From contig JAVZJR010000001.1 of assembly GCA_038870635.1 (NCBI GenBank), forward strand, positions 15,934 through 74,697: 58,764 nt of DNA. Reading direction: 5' to 3'. Below the pieces are notes generated by a model. The model was not told where the DNA came from, did no database searches, and was given only the letters and a program-made list of their open reading frames with translations. This document shows, piece after piece, positions 1 through 8,823 of this stretch. The position numbers and the translations under genes are program-made. Source of the stretch: Candidatus Bilamarchaeaceae archaeon (GTDB lineage: Archaea; Micrarchaeota; Micrarchaeia; Anstonellales; Bilamarchaeaceae). The first letter of the stretch is position 1. Each line of letters opens with the position of its first letter.

Positions 1-639
1 GTATTCGTAATCAATTAAAGAACGAATAATTTTTGCTCTTTTTTCACCTAATTTTTCAACTTTTTTTAGCTCTTCTTCACTAGCATTTATAACAGCGCGA
101 ACAGAACCAAAATGAGACAAAAGAGTGCGTGCGAGTTTTGGCCCAACCATCGGTAAAGATTCTATAACTGCTCTTTGATTTTGTGAGGGAGTGAGGCTTT
201 TTCTTTTGGCAAAAATACGAAGGGACAAAGGCTTTGCCAATTGAGCGTGCTTTGCAAGATGAAAAATTATATTTGCGCTTTCATTCAAATCTTTTGAAAA
301 AAACAATGGAACACCGAAATCAGAAAGCACTGCCGCATACGCACCCATTACTGCTTCTTTTCTGATTATACCAGCATCGCTTTCTCCTTCAATTAAAAGA
401 ACAGGATGGGAAAAATTTTCAACTAAATTTTTTAATTGTGTGAAGAGCCTGCCATCGATTATAGAAACTTCAAAGTCTTCTCTAGTTTTTCTCTCTATTG
501 CAATGTTTTCAGAACACAAAAAATCGCCAACTTCAAGTTGTTTTATCTCTACCTCGGCCCCAAACATATTTAAGATATTAACAAAATCTGGAGGCTCTCT
601 TCTGTCAATTACTATTTTAGGTTTCTTTATCTCACTCAA
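1..639 (-). CDS. ERCC4/XPF-family structure-specific nuclease, short form (nuclease + HhH2, no helicase domain); 3' end cut by the window edge
   Basis: Not in the ORF track. Manual translation from TTG at 639 gives MSEIKKPKIVIDRREP...LEVGDFLCSENIAIERKTREDF...IIDGRLFTQL...LPMVGPKLARTLLSHFGSVRAVINAS: the ERCC4 GDxnERKx3D motif plus helix-hairpin-helix. Confidence 0.9.
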   Translation of the reverse strand, partial: MSEIKKPKIVIDRREPPDFVNILNMFGAEVEIKQLEVGDFLCSENIAIERKTREDFEVSIIDGRLFTQLKNLVENFSHPVLLIEGESDAGIIRKEAVMGAYAAVLSDFGVPLFFSKDLNESANIIFHLAKHAQLAKPLSLRIFAKRKSLTPSQNQRAVIESLPMVGPKLARTLLSHFGSVRAVINASEEELKKVEKLGEKRAKIIRSLIDYEY

Positions 640-1322
640 CTTACCCACCGAACATAAGAGAGAATTTCATCAAAGCTAATACTGCAACCATTAAATCTAA
701 ATGAGTATAAAGTTGCTTCGAGCATTTCCTTTTCAAGGTCACCATACTTGCTAAAAAATCCATTTTCATAACCAAGAATAAGCAATTCACTACTACGAAA
801 AGCATTAAGACCGCGAGTATATTTAGAAAAATCCTCCATGTTAGTCTTATTAACCATTATATTGACTTTTAGTTCATCTTCCATGTGCTCCTTTAGTCTA
901 AATGGTGCTTCTATAAGCATTCTAGTGGTTCGCTCGTCAAGAACTATGCTTTCTGCACCTATTTCTTTAGCAAGAGCTATCATTTCTGTTTCACCCACGT
1001 CAACTAAATGAAGTGGTTTCCCTCTCGCATAAAAAAGATTATTGCCAACATTTAAGAGGTGGTCTCGAACATGAGTTAACTCATCAACGCGCATAATAAC
1101 GATAACTTTATCTTCAATAGCTTTTTTTATCTTGAGAGCAGATTGCATATATTTTTTTATTCCCTTTCTCAACGGATACAAGACAACTTCTTCCTCTACG
1201 CTCGGTGGAATAACAAAGGTGATATTAAATTTATTTTTATAAAAATAAAGCAAATCAGAAGCACAGGATGCGGTAAGAGTTATCAAAGACCCAGAATCAC
1301 AAACCACATATCTTTCTTTCAT
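636..1322 (-). CDS. PIN-domain protein (DUF3368/COG2405-like)
   Basis: N-terminal VVCDSGSL, IPPSVEEE, DVGETEMIALA and IVLDE place the acidic PIN active-site residues as expected. Confidence 0.75.
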   Translation of the reverse strand: MKERYVVCDSGSLITLTASCASDLLYFYKNKFNITFVIPPSVEEEVVLYPLRKGIKKYMQSALKIKKAIEDKVIVIMRVDELTHVRDHLLNVGNNLFYARGKPLHLVDVGETEMIALAKEIGAESIVLDERTTRMLIEAPFRLKEHMEDELKVNIMVNKTNMEDFSKYTRGLNAFRSSELLILGYENGFFSKYGDLEKEMLEATLYSFRFNGCSISFDEILSYVRWVS

Positions 1323-1332
1323 AATATCGCTC

Positions 1333-1878
1333 CTACTCTAAAAGTTTTCTAACTTTCTTTACTCTTTCACGAATGTCGACCTCTTCTTTTAATCTATCGA
1401 ACATCATGCTGTCGCCCGCATACTTTTGGATTTCTTGTTGACCAACTCCACTAATTTCAGCAGCCAAACCAAGCGACACACCTTTAGCATAAAGTGTGGC
1501 CGCACACTTAACTCTTCCTTTGGTTAAAAGTCCTAAAAAGAAACGTTTGTCTTGTGCTTCCATACTATTTACTATGACCTCAATTTTACGAAGCAACTCC
1601 AAAAATTCCTCATCTGTTTTTTTGCCGACACCACTTTCTATTTGTTTTAGGATGCCTTCTATCTTAACTAATTCTTTTTCATATTTATCTGTTAAAAAAC
1701 GCGGCTTAGAGATTATTTTCGAGAGAACATAAGTAATAACGCTAAACTCAAAAAAAAGTTTGCTACTTCGCATGATGCTTTCTGATAAAAAATCATCCTG
1801 TATTTTTCTTAATTTTTTCTCATTTCTTTTCTTGAAATTATTATAAAGTCCGGCTACAAGCTCGTGAAAAACCACCAA
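1333..1878 (-). CDS. Helical protein with C-terminal UPF0175-like HTH
   Basis: LYAKGVSLGLAAEISGV resembles the UPF0175/COG2886 HTH; the gene lies directly upstream of the PIN gene. Confidence 0.55.
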   Translation of the reverse strand: MVVFHELVAGLYNNFKKRNEKKLRKIQDDFLSESIMRSSKLFFEFSVITYVLSKIISKPRFLTDKYEKELVKIEGILKQIESGVGKKTDEEFLELLRKIEVIVNSMEAQDKRFFLGLLTKGRVKCAATLYAKGVSLGLAAEISGVGQQEIQKYAGDSMMFDRLKEEVDIRERVKKVRKLLE

Positions 1879-1920
1879 ACCACAACCGATTAAACGTCGA
1901 TAAAAATAATGATAAACGAT

Positions 1921-1952
1921 ATATTTATAAATATTATCATGATATTATCATG
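1921..1952. promoter_or_regulatory. Palindromic TATA element plus tandem 11-bp repeat between divergent genes
   Basis: ATATTTATAAATAT (1921-1934) is a perfect palindrome containing TTTATAAA; ATATTATCATG occurs twice in tandem (1931-1941, 1942-1952). Confidence 0.55.
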
Positions 1953-2021
1953 ACAGTTGCGTGATCTTAGCGCAACGTTGTCATTGCAGTGGAGCGAAAT
2001 CCCATGTAGAGGTGATCATTT

Positions 2022-2465
2022 ATGGATGATAATAACAAAGATAAAATATATAAATCTAACGCACACGCAAGCAACAACAGTGGCATAAACTACGAAATAG
2101 AACGAGATATACAAGCAAACCTTGACAAGTTTCGAGACCCTATAATTTTAGGAGAACTTGTTTACAAGCTCCTAGAGGAACGAGAAAACACAAACAGAAT
2201 ATTAAAAAACTTACTTGCAAAAATTGAAGCCCTAGAACAAAAATTAGAAAGCAAAGAGATAAACGAAGAGGAACTACTTGTGCCAGAGATAGATGAAAAA
2301 ATAATAGAATTCGTAAAGCAAAGGCAAAGAGTAACGGCCGAGGATGTTAGAGTACAATTTGGCTATAAAGGTAAAAACGCTGCATCATCGAGGCTTAATC
2401 GATTGTGCGATATGGGTATATTAAAAAAGAAACAAGTCGGGAAGAAAGTTTTTTTCTTCCTTTGA
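2022..2465 (+). CDS. Coiled-coil + winged-helix DNA-binding protein
   Basis: Heptad-rich middle region, then IDEKIIEFVK...VTAEDV...GYKGKNAASSRLNRL...GILKKKQVGKKVFF (wHTH). Strong SD GAGGTGATC at 2009-2017. Confidence 0.75.
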   Translation: MDDNNKDKIYKSNAHASNNSGINYEIERDIQANLDKFRDPIILGELVYKLLEERENTNRILKNLLAKIEALEQKLESKEINEEELLVPEIDEKIIEFVKQRQRVTAEDVRVQFGYKGKNAASSRLNRLCDMGILKKKQVGKKVFFFL

Positions 2466-2480
2466 ATTTTTTGCTTATTA

Positions 2481-2657
2481 AGGCAAGGCAGAGGACGGCA
2501 AGCCAAAAACTCCCGCCTCTCAACCCCCCTATTTTTATTATTTGGCTGCCGGCCTCTCCACTATCCTCCCACCAGAAACCCCTCTGGGGTTTCTAATATT
2601 AATTTAGGCAAGGCGATAAGAGTCGCGCGTCCTCCCATAAACCCAAACGCGACTCTT
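2481..2657. ncRNA. Candidate structured RNA / cis element with three hairpins and C-rich loops
   Basis: Stems 2490-2507/2541-2557, 2574-2582/2586-2594 and 2618-2627/2648-2657; AGGCAAGGC repeated at 2481 and 2606; a T-rich tract follows on +. Confidence 0.45.
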
Positions 2658-2740
2658 TCTATCTTTTTTAGTTTTTTATTCCAAAGAAAGTAAAGAAATT
2701 AAGATAAAGAAAGAAATAGATAAAATTAAAAAATAAAAAA

Positions 2741-4012
2741 TTATTGAGTCTTTGGGGTAACGTTAAGAACTATACCAGCTGCCACTGTTTGACCCATATC
2801 TCTTATGGCAAATCTTCCAAGTGGTGGAAAGTCTTGGAACTTTTCAATAACTACTGGTTTAAGCGGTTGTACTTTTACAACTGCAACATCACCAGTCTTA
2901 ATAAAATCTGGTTTTACTTGTGCGGTCTGACCTGTTTTTGGGTCTTTCTTTTCTAGTATTTCAATAATCTTACCAGCAAATTGGGCGGTATGAACATGGA
3001 AAACAGGTGTATAACCAACTGCTATTGCGGTTGGATGATTAAGAACGACGATTTGTGCAGTAAAATCTGCTGCAACTGTTGGGGGATTGTTCGTTGGGCC
3101 TATAACATCTCCACGCTTTATATCTTTCTTATCGACATTTTTAAGATTAAAACCAATATTGTCACCAGGTACTGCTTGTGGAAGCTCTTTGTGATGCATT
3201 TCAATTTTCTTAACTTCACCCTTTACACCAGAAGGCATAACAATAACAGTGTCATTTGGCTTGAGGACACCTGTTTCTACTCTTCCTACTGGTACAGTAC
3301 CATGACCAGTAATAGTATAAACATCTTGGATTGGTAATCTCAACGGCTTATCAATTGGTTTTGGAGGAACCACAAATGTATCTATAACTTCCACTAAAGT
3401 AGGTCCATTATACCAAGGCATGTTGGATGATTTTTTAGTTATATTATCACCCATGTAAGCTGATGTTGGGACGAACTTGACTTTACTCACATCGTAACCA
3501 ATACCTTTCAACAACTTTTCAGCCTCTGCTTTTACTTTATCGTACTCTGCTTGGCTATAATTAACAGCATCCATCTTATTCAAACTAACTGCGATTTGTG
3601 GAACACCAAGAACCTTAGCTAAGAAGGCGTGTTCTTTTGTTTGTGGCTGAATACCATCTTTAACAGATACGATAAGAATTGCTGCATCTGCTTGACTTGT
3701 ACCAGTAATCATGTTCTTAACAAAGTCCCTGTGGCCAGGTGCGTCTATAATAGTGCAATAGTATTTTGGTGTTTCGAACTCTCTGTGGGCTACATCAATA
3801 GTAACACCACGTTCACGCTCTTCTTTTAAATCGTCCATAACATACGCAAATTCGAAAGTCGCCTTACCGAGCTTTGCTGCTTCTTCTTTTAGCCTCGCAA
3901 GTACTTGCTCGGATATCGCGCCAGTCTCATACAAAATCCTACCAACACTTGTTGACTTACCAGAGTCAACATGGCCGATAAAGACCAAATTCAAATGCTC
4001 TTTCTGTGCCAT
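2741..4012 (-). CDS. tuf: Translation elongation factor EF-1 alpha
   Basis: [17 protein letters not shown] and [10 protein letters not shown] motifs; ATG at 4012 (MAQKEH) with GAGGAGG SD upstream. Confidence 0.98.
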   Translation of the reverse strand: MAQKEHLNLVFIGHVDSGKSTSVGRILYETGAISEQVLARLKEEAAKLGKATFEFAYVMDDLKEERERGVTIDVAHREFETPKYYCTIIDAPGHRDFVKNMITGTSQADAAILIVSVKDGIQPQTKEHAFLAKVLGVPQIAVSLNKMDAVNYSQAEYDKVKAEAEKLLKGIGYDVSKVKFVPTSAYMGDNITKKSSNMPWYNGPTLVEVIDTFVVPPKPIDKPLRLPIQDVYTITGHGTVPVGRVETGVLKPNDTVIVMPSGVKGEVKKIEMHHKELPQAVPGDNIGFNLKNVDKKDIKRGDVIGPTNNPPTVAADFTAQIVVLNHPTAIAVGYTPVFHVHTAQFAGKIIEILEKKDPKTGQTAQVKPDFIKTGDVAVVKVQPLKPVVIEKFQDFPPLGRFAIRDMGQTVAAGIVLNVTPKTQ

Positions 4013-4338
4013 ATACAATACCTCCTCTCGAATATTTTTTACCTTACCAGAATAAGGCTTAAAATGAGTTTAAAAAAAAACTTTTATAAAGCTTTCCCTA
4101 AATAATTTATATAAGTGGTAAAAAATATATAAAAATGCAATTGAAATGAGAAAAAAGAGGTACGAATTTTTTGATTTCTTCCATTCTTTCTTTTCTAATC
4201 TTTTTATATAAAGGTATATAAGGCCCTTAAAAATAATATATTAAAACTCTGTTAAGTCCTAGAAACACTTAGTTGCCGCCAACACTATTCATCATAAACA
4301 TTAATAAATACTTTTATACACATTATTTCTGTGATTTT

Positions 4339-5049
4339 ATGGAGATGAAAACAAAAAAAATGGAAGGTAAAAAAGCAAAAGTTGAGAAAGATAATCAAAA
4401 GCCAAAAAACCTTGCCTTCGATACTTTGCTTGAAGAGGCCAGAAGAAACGAAATAAAAGCAAAAATGCAAAAGAATATTGAATTAATCGAAGCGGTTAAA
4501 AAACGTGATAAAAAAAAGATAAGCGAACTTATTATGGCAGGAGCTGATCCTACAAAAAGAGACATACTAGGCGGCTATCCTGACGAAGCCATAATAATAG
4601 CAAAAAAGACTCAAGATTATGAAATGCTTACACTCATAACTAACAAGATTATTGAATATTTTGAAACAAAAGGAAATGTGGAAAAAAAAGAAGAAAAAGA
4701 TAAACTCAATAAAGTACTCATTATCGCAAGCGATATGTTTTTACCGCTTGAGAAGATCAAAAGATTGGTAGAACTCGGCGCAAAACCAGATTCACAATAT
4801 AAAGACTTTGAAAATGGACAGAGCGCATTCATAAAATGTGCAATAAAAGGAAATATAGTTGCTGCAAATTATTTTAAGGATTATATAAAAAATATATCGC
4901 ATGAGGATGGAGATGGAAAAACTGCGATGATGCATGCGATGGCGCACAGACATGATGATATTAGATGGCTAATTTTTGAAGAAATGGAAAAACGCAGAAA
5001 ATCACCTCCAAGAGAAATAGAAGAAGAATTAATAATTCCAGATGATTAA
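4339..5049 (+). CDS. Ankyrin-repeat protein
   Basis: LIEAVKKRDKKKISELIMAGADP, LVELGAKP, GQSAFIKCAIKGN and DGDGKTAMMHA are ankyrin-like. Start moved to ATG 4339 (4345 also possible). Confidence 0.7.
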   Translation: MEMKTKKMEGKKAKVEKDNQKPKNLAFDTLLEEARRNEIKAKMQKNIELIEAVKKRDKKKISELIMAGADPTKRDILGGYPDEAIIIAKKTQDYEMLTLITNKIIEYFETKGNVEKKEEKDKLNKVLIIASDMFLPLEKIKRLVELGAKPDSQYKDFENGQSAFIKCAIKGNIVAANYFKDYIKNISHEDGDGKTAMMHAMAHRHDDIRWLIFEEMEKRRKSPPREIEEELIIPDD

Positions 5050-5079
5050 GTTTTTTTTAATACTTTACACAAAACATAA

Positions 5080-5146
5080 AAACCCAAGGAGAGGATGGTA
5101 CACCCGAAGGCTCCATCCACTCCTCCCACCAGCCTAAAAAGGCATC
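5080..5146 (-). ncRNA. Candidate small structured RNA with cUUCGg tetraloop hairpin
   Basis: Minus strand reads GCCU-UUUU-AGGC UGGUGGGA GGAG-U-GGAUGG-A-GCC-UUCG-GGU-GUA-CCAUCC-U-CUCC, then a U-run; TTTAAA at 5167-5172 lies about 22 nt upstream. Confidence 0.45.
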
Positions 5147-5275
5147 TGATAGTTATGTTAAAAAGATTTAAATTACTTGATTTTTTTCTCGTGATAAAAA
5201 ATACGCAAAAATTTATTTTAAAACACTAAAAAAATCTTACGAAAGAATTTTAAAACAAAAACGATAAACAAATTT

Positions 5276-6478
5276 ATGGACGACCAGAAAATTGAGAAAA
5301 TAATAAAATATGGAACAATAGTCGCTGTTTTGGGTCTGGCCACAATAGTAGTAGTTTTATTTTTACAAGTAAAACTTCCAGTAATTGGCAAACCGAGTAA
5401 TTGGCTCGTGAGCGGAGGGCTAACACTTACAGAAATAGAAGAAACAGAAGAGGAAAATATTTGCGATGATATGTGTTATTACAAAAAAGCTCTTCAAAAC
5501 GCAACTTATTGTGATTACATAAAAAACGAAAGCGTAAAAGAGGATTGTTATGAGAAATGGGTAGATGAAAGCTTAGATTATTGTCTTAAGGTAAAGGGAA
5601 ACATTAGGGAAGAATGCATATACTACCACGCGAAAAAAAACGACAACATAGATATATGTAGAAATGCAATAAATAGAAGCGCTTGCATGCTGTATGTTGA
5701 TGATTGCTATAGCTACGAGGATAACACAGAAAAAGGCAGATGTTTCGCTTTTAAAAGAAAAAATTACACTTATTGTTTAGATGACTTATGTTATTTTGAT
5801 TTCGCTCTTTCAATAAATGAAAAAGAAATATGTAATATGATAAGTTCGCCTGCAAGAAAAACAGCATGCGTGTCGATAATAGAAAAGAATGATAGATGTA
5901 CCGAATTAAATGTTCCTGCAGAAAAAGACTTGTGCTGGCAACTATATGCTATTGAATCGAAAGATAGTGCAGTGTGCTTCAGAATAAGCAAAGTGAGTAG
6001 GTATGCTCTTAATTGCTTTGCATATTATGCGGCTAAAATGAAAGATTTAAGCTTTTGCGATGCAGGCGGATTTGTTTTAGATGATTTATGGAAATGCTAT
6101 CGCATATACTCCCTTGAGAGTGGGGATCTCACTGGCTGTGATTTGATATACAATAAATCATTAGGGTACGCAACGACGAATATATATGCGTGTTATGCAG
6201 AGTATGCAAAAAAATATGGAAACCCTGCAGCATGTAATGGAATTCGTGACCTCTCTCAAATGAGAACTTGTTATGAAGGGTCGATATTAGGAAAAACAAA
6301 CATAGATTATACAAAGTGCGCAGATATCCAGCTATCTATATGGAAAAACAAATGTTATACAGAGTATGCAAAATACAACAATGACCCCACTAAATGCGAT
6401 TACATAACAACAAATAAAGAAGAAAGAGAAGCTTGTTATATCGCTTGGCGTGTTTATAATAATGTAACGTCAAGTTAG
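5276..6478 (+). CDS. Membrane-anchored Cys-rich repeat surface protein
   Basis: N-terminal TM helix, then many C-x2-I-x5-7-C-Y/W-x3-A repeats. Confidence 0.75.
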   Translation: MDDQKIEKIIKYGTIVAVLGLATIVVVLFLQVKLPVIGKPSNWLVSGGLTLTEIEETEEENICDDMCYYKKALQNATYCDYIKNESVKEDCYEKWVDESLDYCLKVKGNIREECIYYHAKKNDNIDICRNAINRSACMLYVDDCYSYEDNTEKGRCFAFKRKNYTYCLDDLCYFDFALSINEKEICNMISSPARKTACVSIIEKNDRCTELNVPAEKDLCWQLYAIESKDSAVCFRISKVSRYALNCFAYYAAKMKDLSFCDAGGFVLDDLWKCYRIYSLESGDLTGCDLIYNKSLGYATTNIYACYAEYAKKYGNPAACNGIRDLSQMRTCYEGSILGKTNIDYTKCADIQLSIWKNKCYTEYAKYNNDPTKCDYITTNKEEREACYIAWRVYNNVTSS

Positions 6479-6937
6479 TTTTATCTCTTTGTCAGCTAAC
6501 AAATGAGAAAGAAAACCAGCAGTGCCAAAAACTGCAAAGTAAAAATTAAAAAAAACCAAAAGGATAAAAGCGTAAATGATGCTGAAGACAATCGAGTGAA
6601 CAAAGCCGCGATGGCGAGGAATTAAAAATAACATAACTATGGAGTAAGCCCCAAACATAGCAAGTGCTTGGAAAAGAATTTTTTGAAGAACCACAATAAT
6701 AAAAACGTCATCTATTTCATGAATATTTATAATCAACGGAAGTAAAAAAGAGAGCAAGAGAGCAGTGAAATTGCTCAATTGCCTTATCTTACTATCTTTG
6801 TGATCTATATCAGGCACTAAAGCAGATAAAGCGCAAACAACAACGAGAAGAGCAGAATAAAAAAAATCAAAAGTGAAAAATAATGATAAAATAACGCCAG
6901 TGAGGAAGCCGATTAGCAAGTGTTGAGGCCAATTCAT
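6470..6937 (-). CDS. Membrane-bound metal-dependent hydrolase (YdjM/DUF457-like)
   Basis: H near the N-terminus, PDIDH, HRGFVHS and SHLLAD motifs among TM helices. Confidence 0.85.
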   Translation of the reverse strand: MNWPQHLLIGFLTGVILSLFFTFDFFYSALLVVVCALSALVPDIDHKDSKIRQLSNFTALLLSFLLPLIINIHEIDDVFIIVVLQKILFQALAMFGAYSIVMLFLIPRHRGFVHSIVFSIIYAFILLVFFNFYFAVFGTAGFLSHLLADKEIKLT

Positions 6938-6959
6938 AAAAAATTATTGAAAAAAATAA

Positions 6960-7850
6960 TTATAATGATTTCACAAAGCCTAAGAGGTCTTCAACAGATT
7001 TTGCCTGAGAGATTTTAAAACGAATAGAAGAACAATTGTCGCAACCCCTAAAAATAAATAAGGCTTTTTGGCGTAAATCAGTAATATTGATATAACCTAC
7101 TTTTTCACAAAATGAGAAATACTCAAGAAAAATTCTTTTTTGCCCTTTTATACCATTGGGTTTTTTGTTTTTAAAACAAAGGGGATTTTTCATTGCAGCG
7201 CGGCCTATCATAAAAGAAGCGCAAAAACCATCGCGTACCCTTCCTAAACCATCGGCTACATTTGCAATATCGCCATTTCCCACAACTGGTACGTTTATTT
7301 CATTAGATATTTTTTTTATTATGTCCCAATTAGCTTTTCCAGAGTAAAGTTGAGTTGGAGTTCTGCCATGTACTACTAAAAAATCTGCGCCGCCCTGTTC
7401 TATTTTTTTGCAAAAACATATTGTTTTTTTCTCATTTTCTAAAATACGCATTTTAACAGATATAGGTAAATCAGTATGATATAATGATGAAATTATTTCT
7501 ACTATTTTTTTTGGCTTTTTGAGAAGTGCAGCTCCAGCTCCTACGCGTATTATATTATCCATAGGGCAACCACAATTAATATCAAACCATTTAATAAAAG
7601 GAAATGAGGCCAAAAGAACATGGGAAGCAATTTTAAACTCTGTTGGATTCGACCCAAAAAGCTGAACGCCGACAAACTTTTCTTTATCGCTAATCTGGAT
7701 TTTATCAATCCCTTCTTTTCTTTTAGCGATTGCAGTAACATTAACTAAAGGCACAACTGTAGCGCTAGCGCCGTATTTTTGACACAGAAGTCTAAAAGGT
7801 AGGTTGGTATACTCAGAAATAGGCGCGAGAAAGTTTTTTGGTAAGCGCAT
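6960..7850 (-). CDS. dus: tRNA-dihydrouridine synthase
   Basis: LAPI, VQLFGS, DINCGCP, GAGAALLK, SVKMR, VHGRT, NGDI and MIGR motifs. Confidence 0.93.
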   Translation of the reverse strand: MRLPKNFLAPISEYTNLPFRLLCQKYGASATVVPLVNVTAIAKRKEGIDKIQISDKEKFVGVQLFGSNPTEFKIASHVLLASFPFIKWFDINCGCPMDNIIRVGAGAALLKKPKKIVEIISSLYHTDLPISVKMRILENEKKTICFCKKIEQGGADFLVVHGRTPTQLYSGKANWDIIKKISNEINVPVVGNGDIANVADGLGRVRDGFCASFMIGRAAMKNPLCFKNKKPNGIKGQKRIFLEYFSFCEKVGYINITDLRQKALFIFRGCDNCSSIRFKISQAKSVEDLLGFVKSL

Positions 7851-7868
7851 GTTATAATAAATAAGTAG

Positions 7869-8777
7869 TTAATCAAATAAAGCTGCCTCTAAAACGAAGG
7901 CATAACAACTGACTACATAACTACATATACGATCAATTATCTTTTGAGGCATTCTTCTTCTTTTTCCTTTACAAAGATAGACAGTACCTCCATGATGTAA
8001 TCCAAGAGAATATGAAATTCCAAAACCAGGTGATGTAAAATTATCTATCTTTTCATAGTTAAAAAGAGGTAATCTTTCCATACAGCCGCCTAAATCAACA
8101 CGTACAAGATTTCCAGTTTCCTTAGCCAAAAGAACTGCTTTTTTTATATCATTGATAGAAAAACCTTCAGCACAAATCCACTGACTTAATTGCGAAGGGA
8201 AAAAAGGAACACTGTCAAAATCTATTGAGAGATGTATATTATAATTTTTTGGGAAAGGATGGAGTAAATCAACGATACTGCGCAAAAAATAACGTTGAAA
8301 GTATTCCAGCTGTTCATCTTTTATCCATCCTTTAGATACACCTTTACAAAGATGCTCATAAACTTCGTCATTAGCACACCATTTATTTGATTCTGGTATT
8401 GCAAATTGCGGAATAAATTTATGCCGGTATTCTGACTGAGACATATGATTAGCAAAATTAATTCTACTTTTTTTATACTTCTTGAAAGGATCAACTTGCA
8501 CCGGAATCCAATCAGAATGAGCATCAATGTTTCTCTTTATTGTTCTTCTTCTGCTGTCCTTATAATCAAAGTAATAGGAGAGATGATGATAATAACCGGA
8601 AGACCAAATGAGTATGGCTGGCTGATTTCGTGGCTGTTCTATTTTTGTTATCATACTAATTGCTTTTTTTGGCGAGAGTGGAAGGAACGATACTTGCGAA
8701 AAATGTTCAAACTCTTTTATCTTCTCAACAATTCTTTTGTTTGATTTGTTGTCCACGAAGTAAACAGTTTTTTGCAT
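7869..8777 (-). CDS. Divergent arginase/ureohydrolase-fold protein
   Basis: SGYYHHLSY, NIDAHSD and LSIDFD match the H / DxHxD / DxD metal-ligand spacing. Confidence 0.55.
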   Translation of the reverse strand: MQKTVYFVDNKSNKRIVEKIKEFEHFSQVSFLPLSPKKAISMITKIEQPRNQPAILIWSSGYYHHLSYYFDYKDSRRRTIKRNIDAHSDWIPVQVDPFKKYKKSRINFANHMSQSEYRHKFIPQFAIPESNKWCANDEVYEHLCKGVSKGWIKDEQLEYFQRYFLRSIVDLLHPFPKNYNIHLSIDFDSVPFFPSQLSQWICAEGFSINDIKKAVLLAKETGNLVRVDLGGCMERLPLFNYEKIDNFTSPGFGISYSLGLHHGGTVYLCKGKRRRMPQKIIDRICSYVVSCYAFVLEAALFD

Positions 8778-8823
8778 ACTATTATTCTAAATAAAAGTGT
8801 TAAAAAATGTATTTGCTTGGCTA

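Noticed and set aside
2405-2596. 63-aa plus-strand ORF across the hairpin island, and a 25-codon minus-strand ORF at 2561-2638
   Set aside because: The first overlaps the wHTH gene out of frame. Neither has protein-like motifs or an evident SD, and the inverted repeats explain the composition better.
2481-2740. Island as SRP RNA, RNase P RNA, C/D sRNA or replication origin
   Set aside because: No SRP helix-8 motif, RNase P GAGGAAAGUCC, paired C/D boxes or ORB TTCCA-TGGAA dyad was seen.
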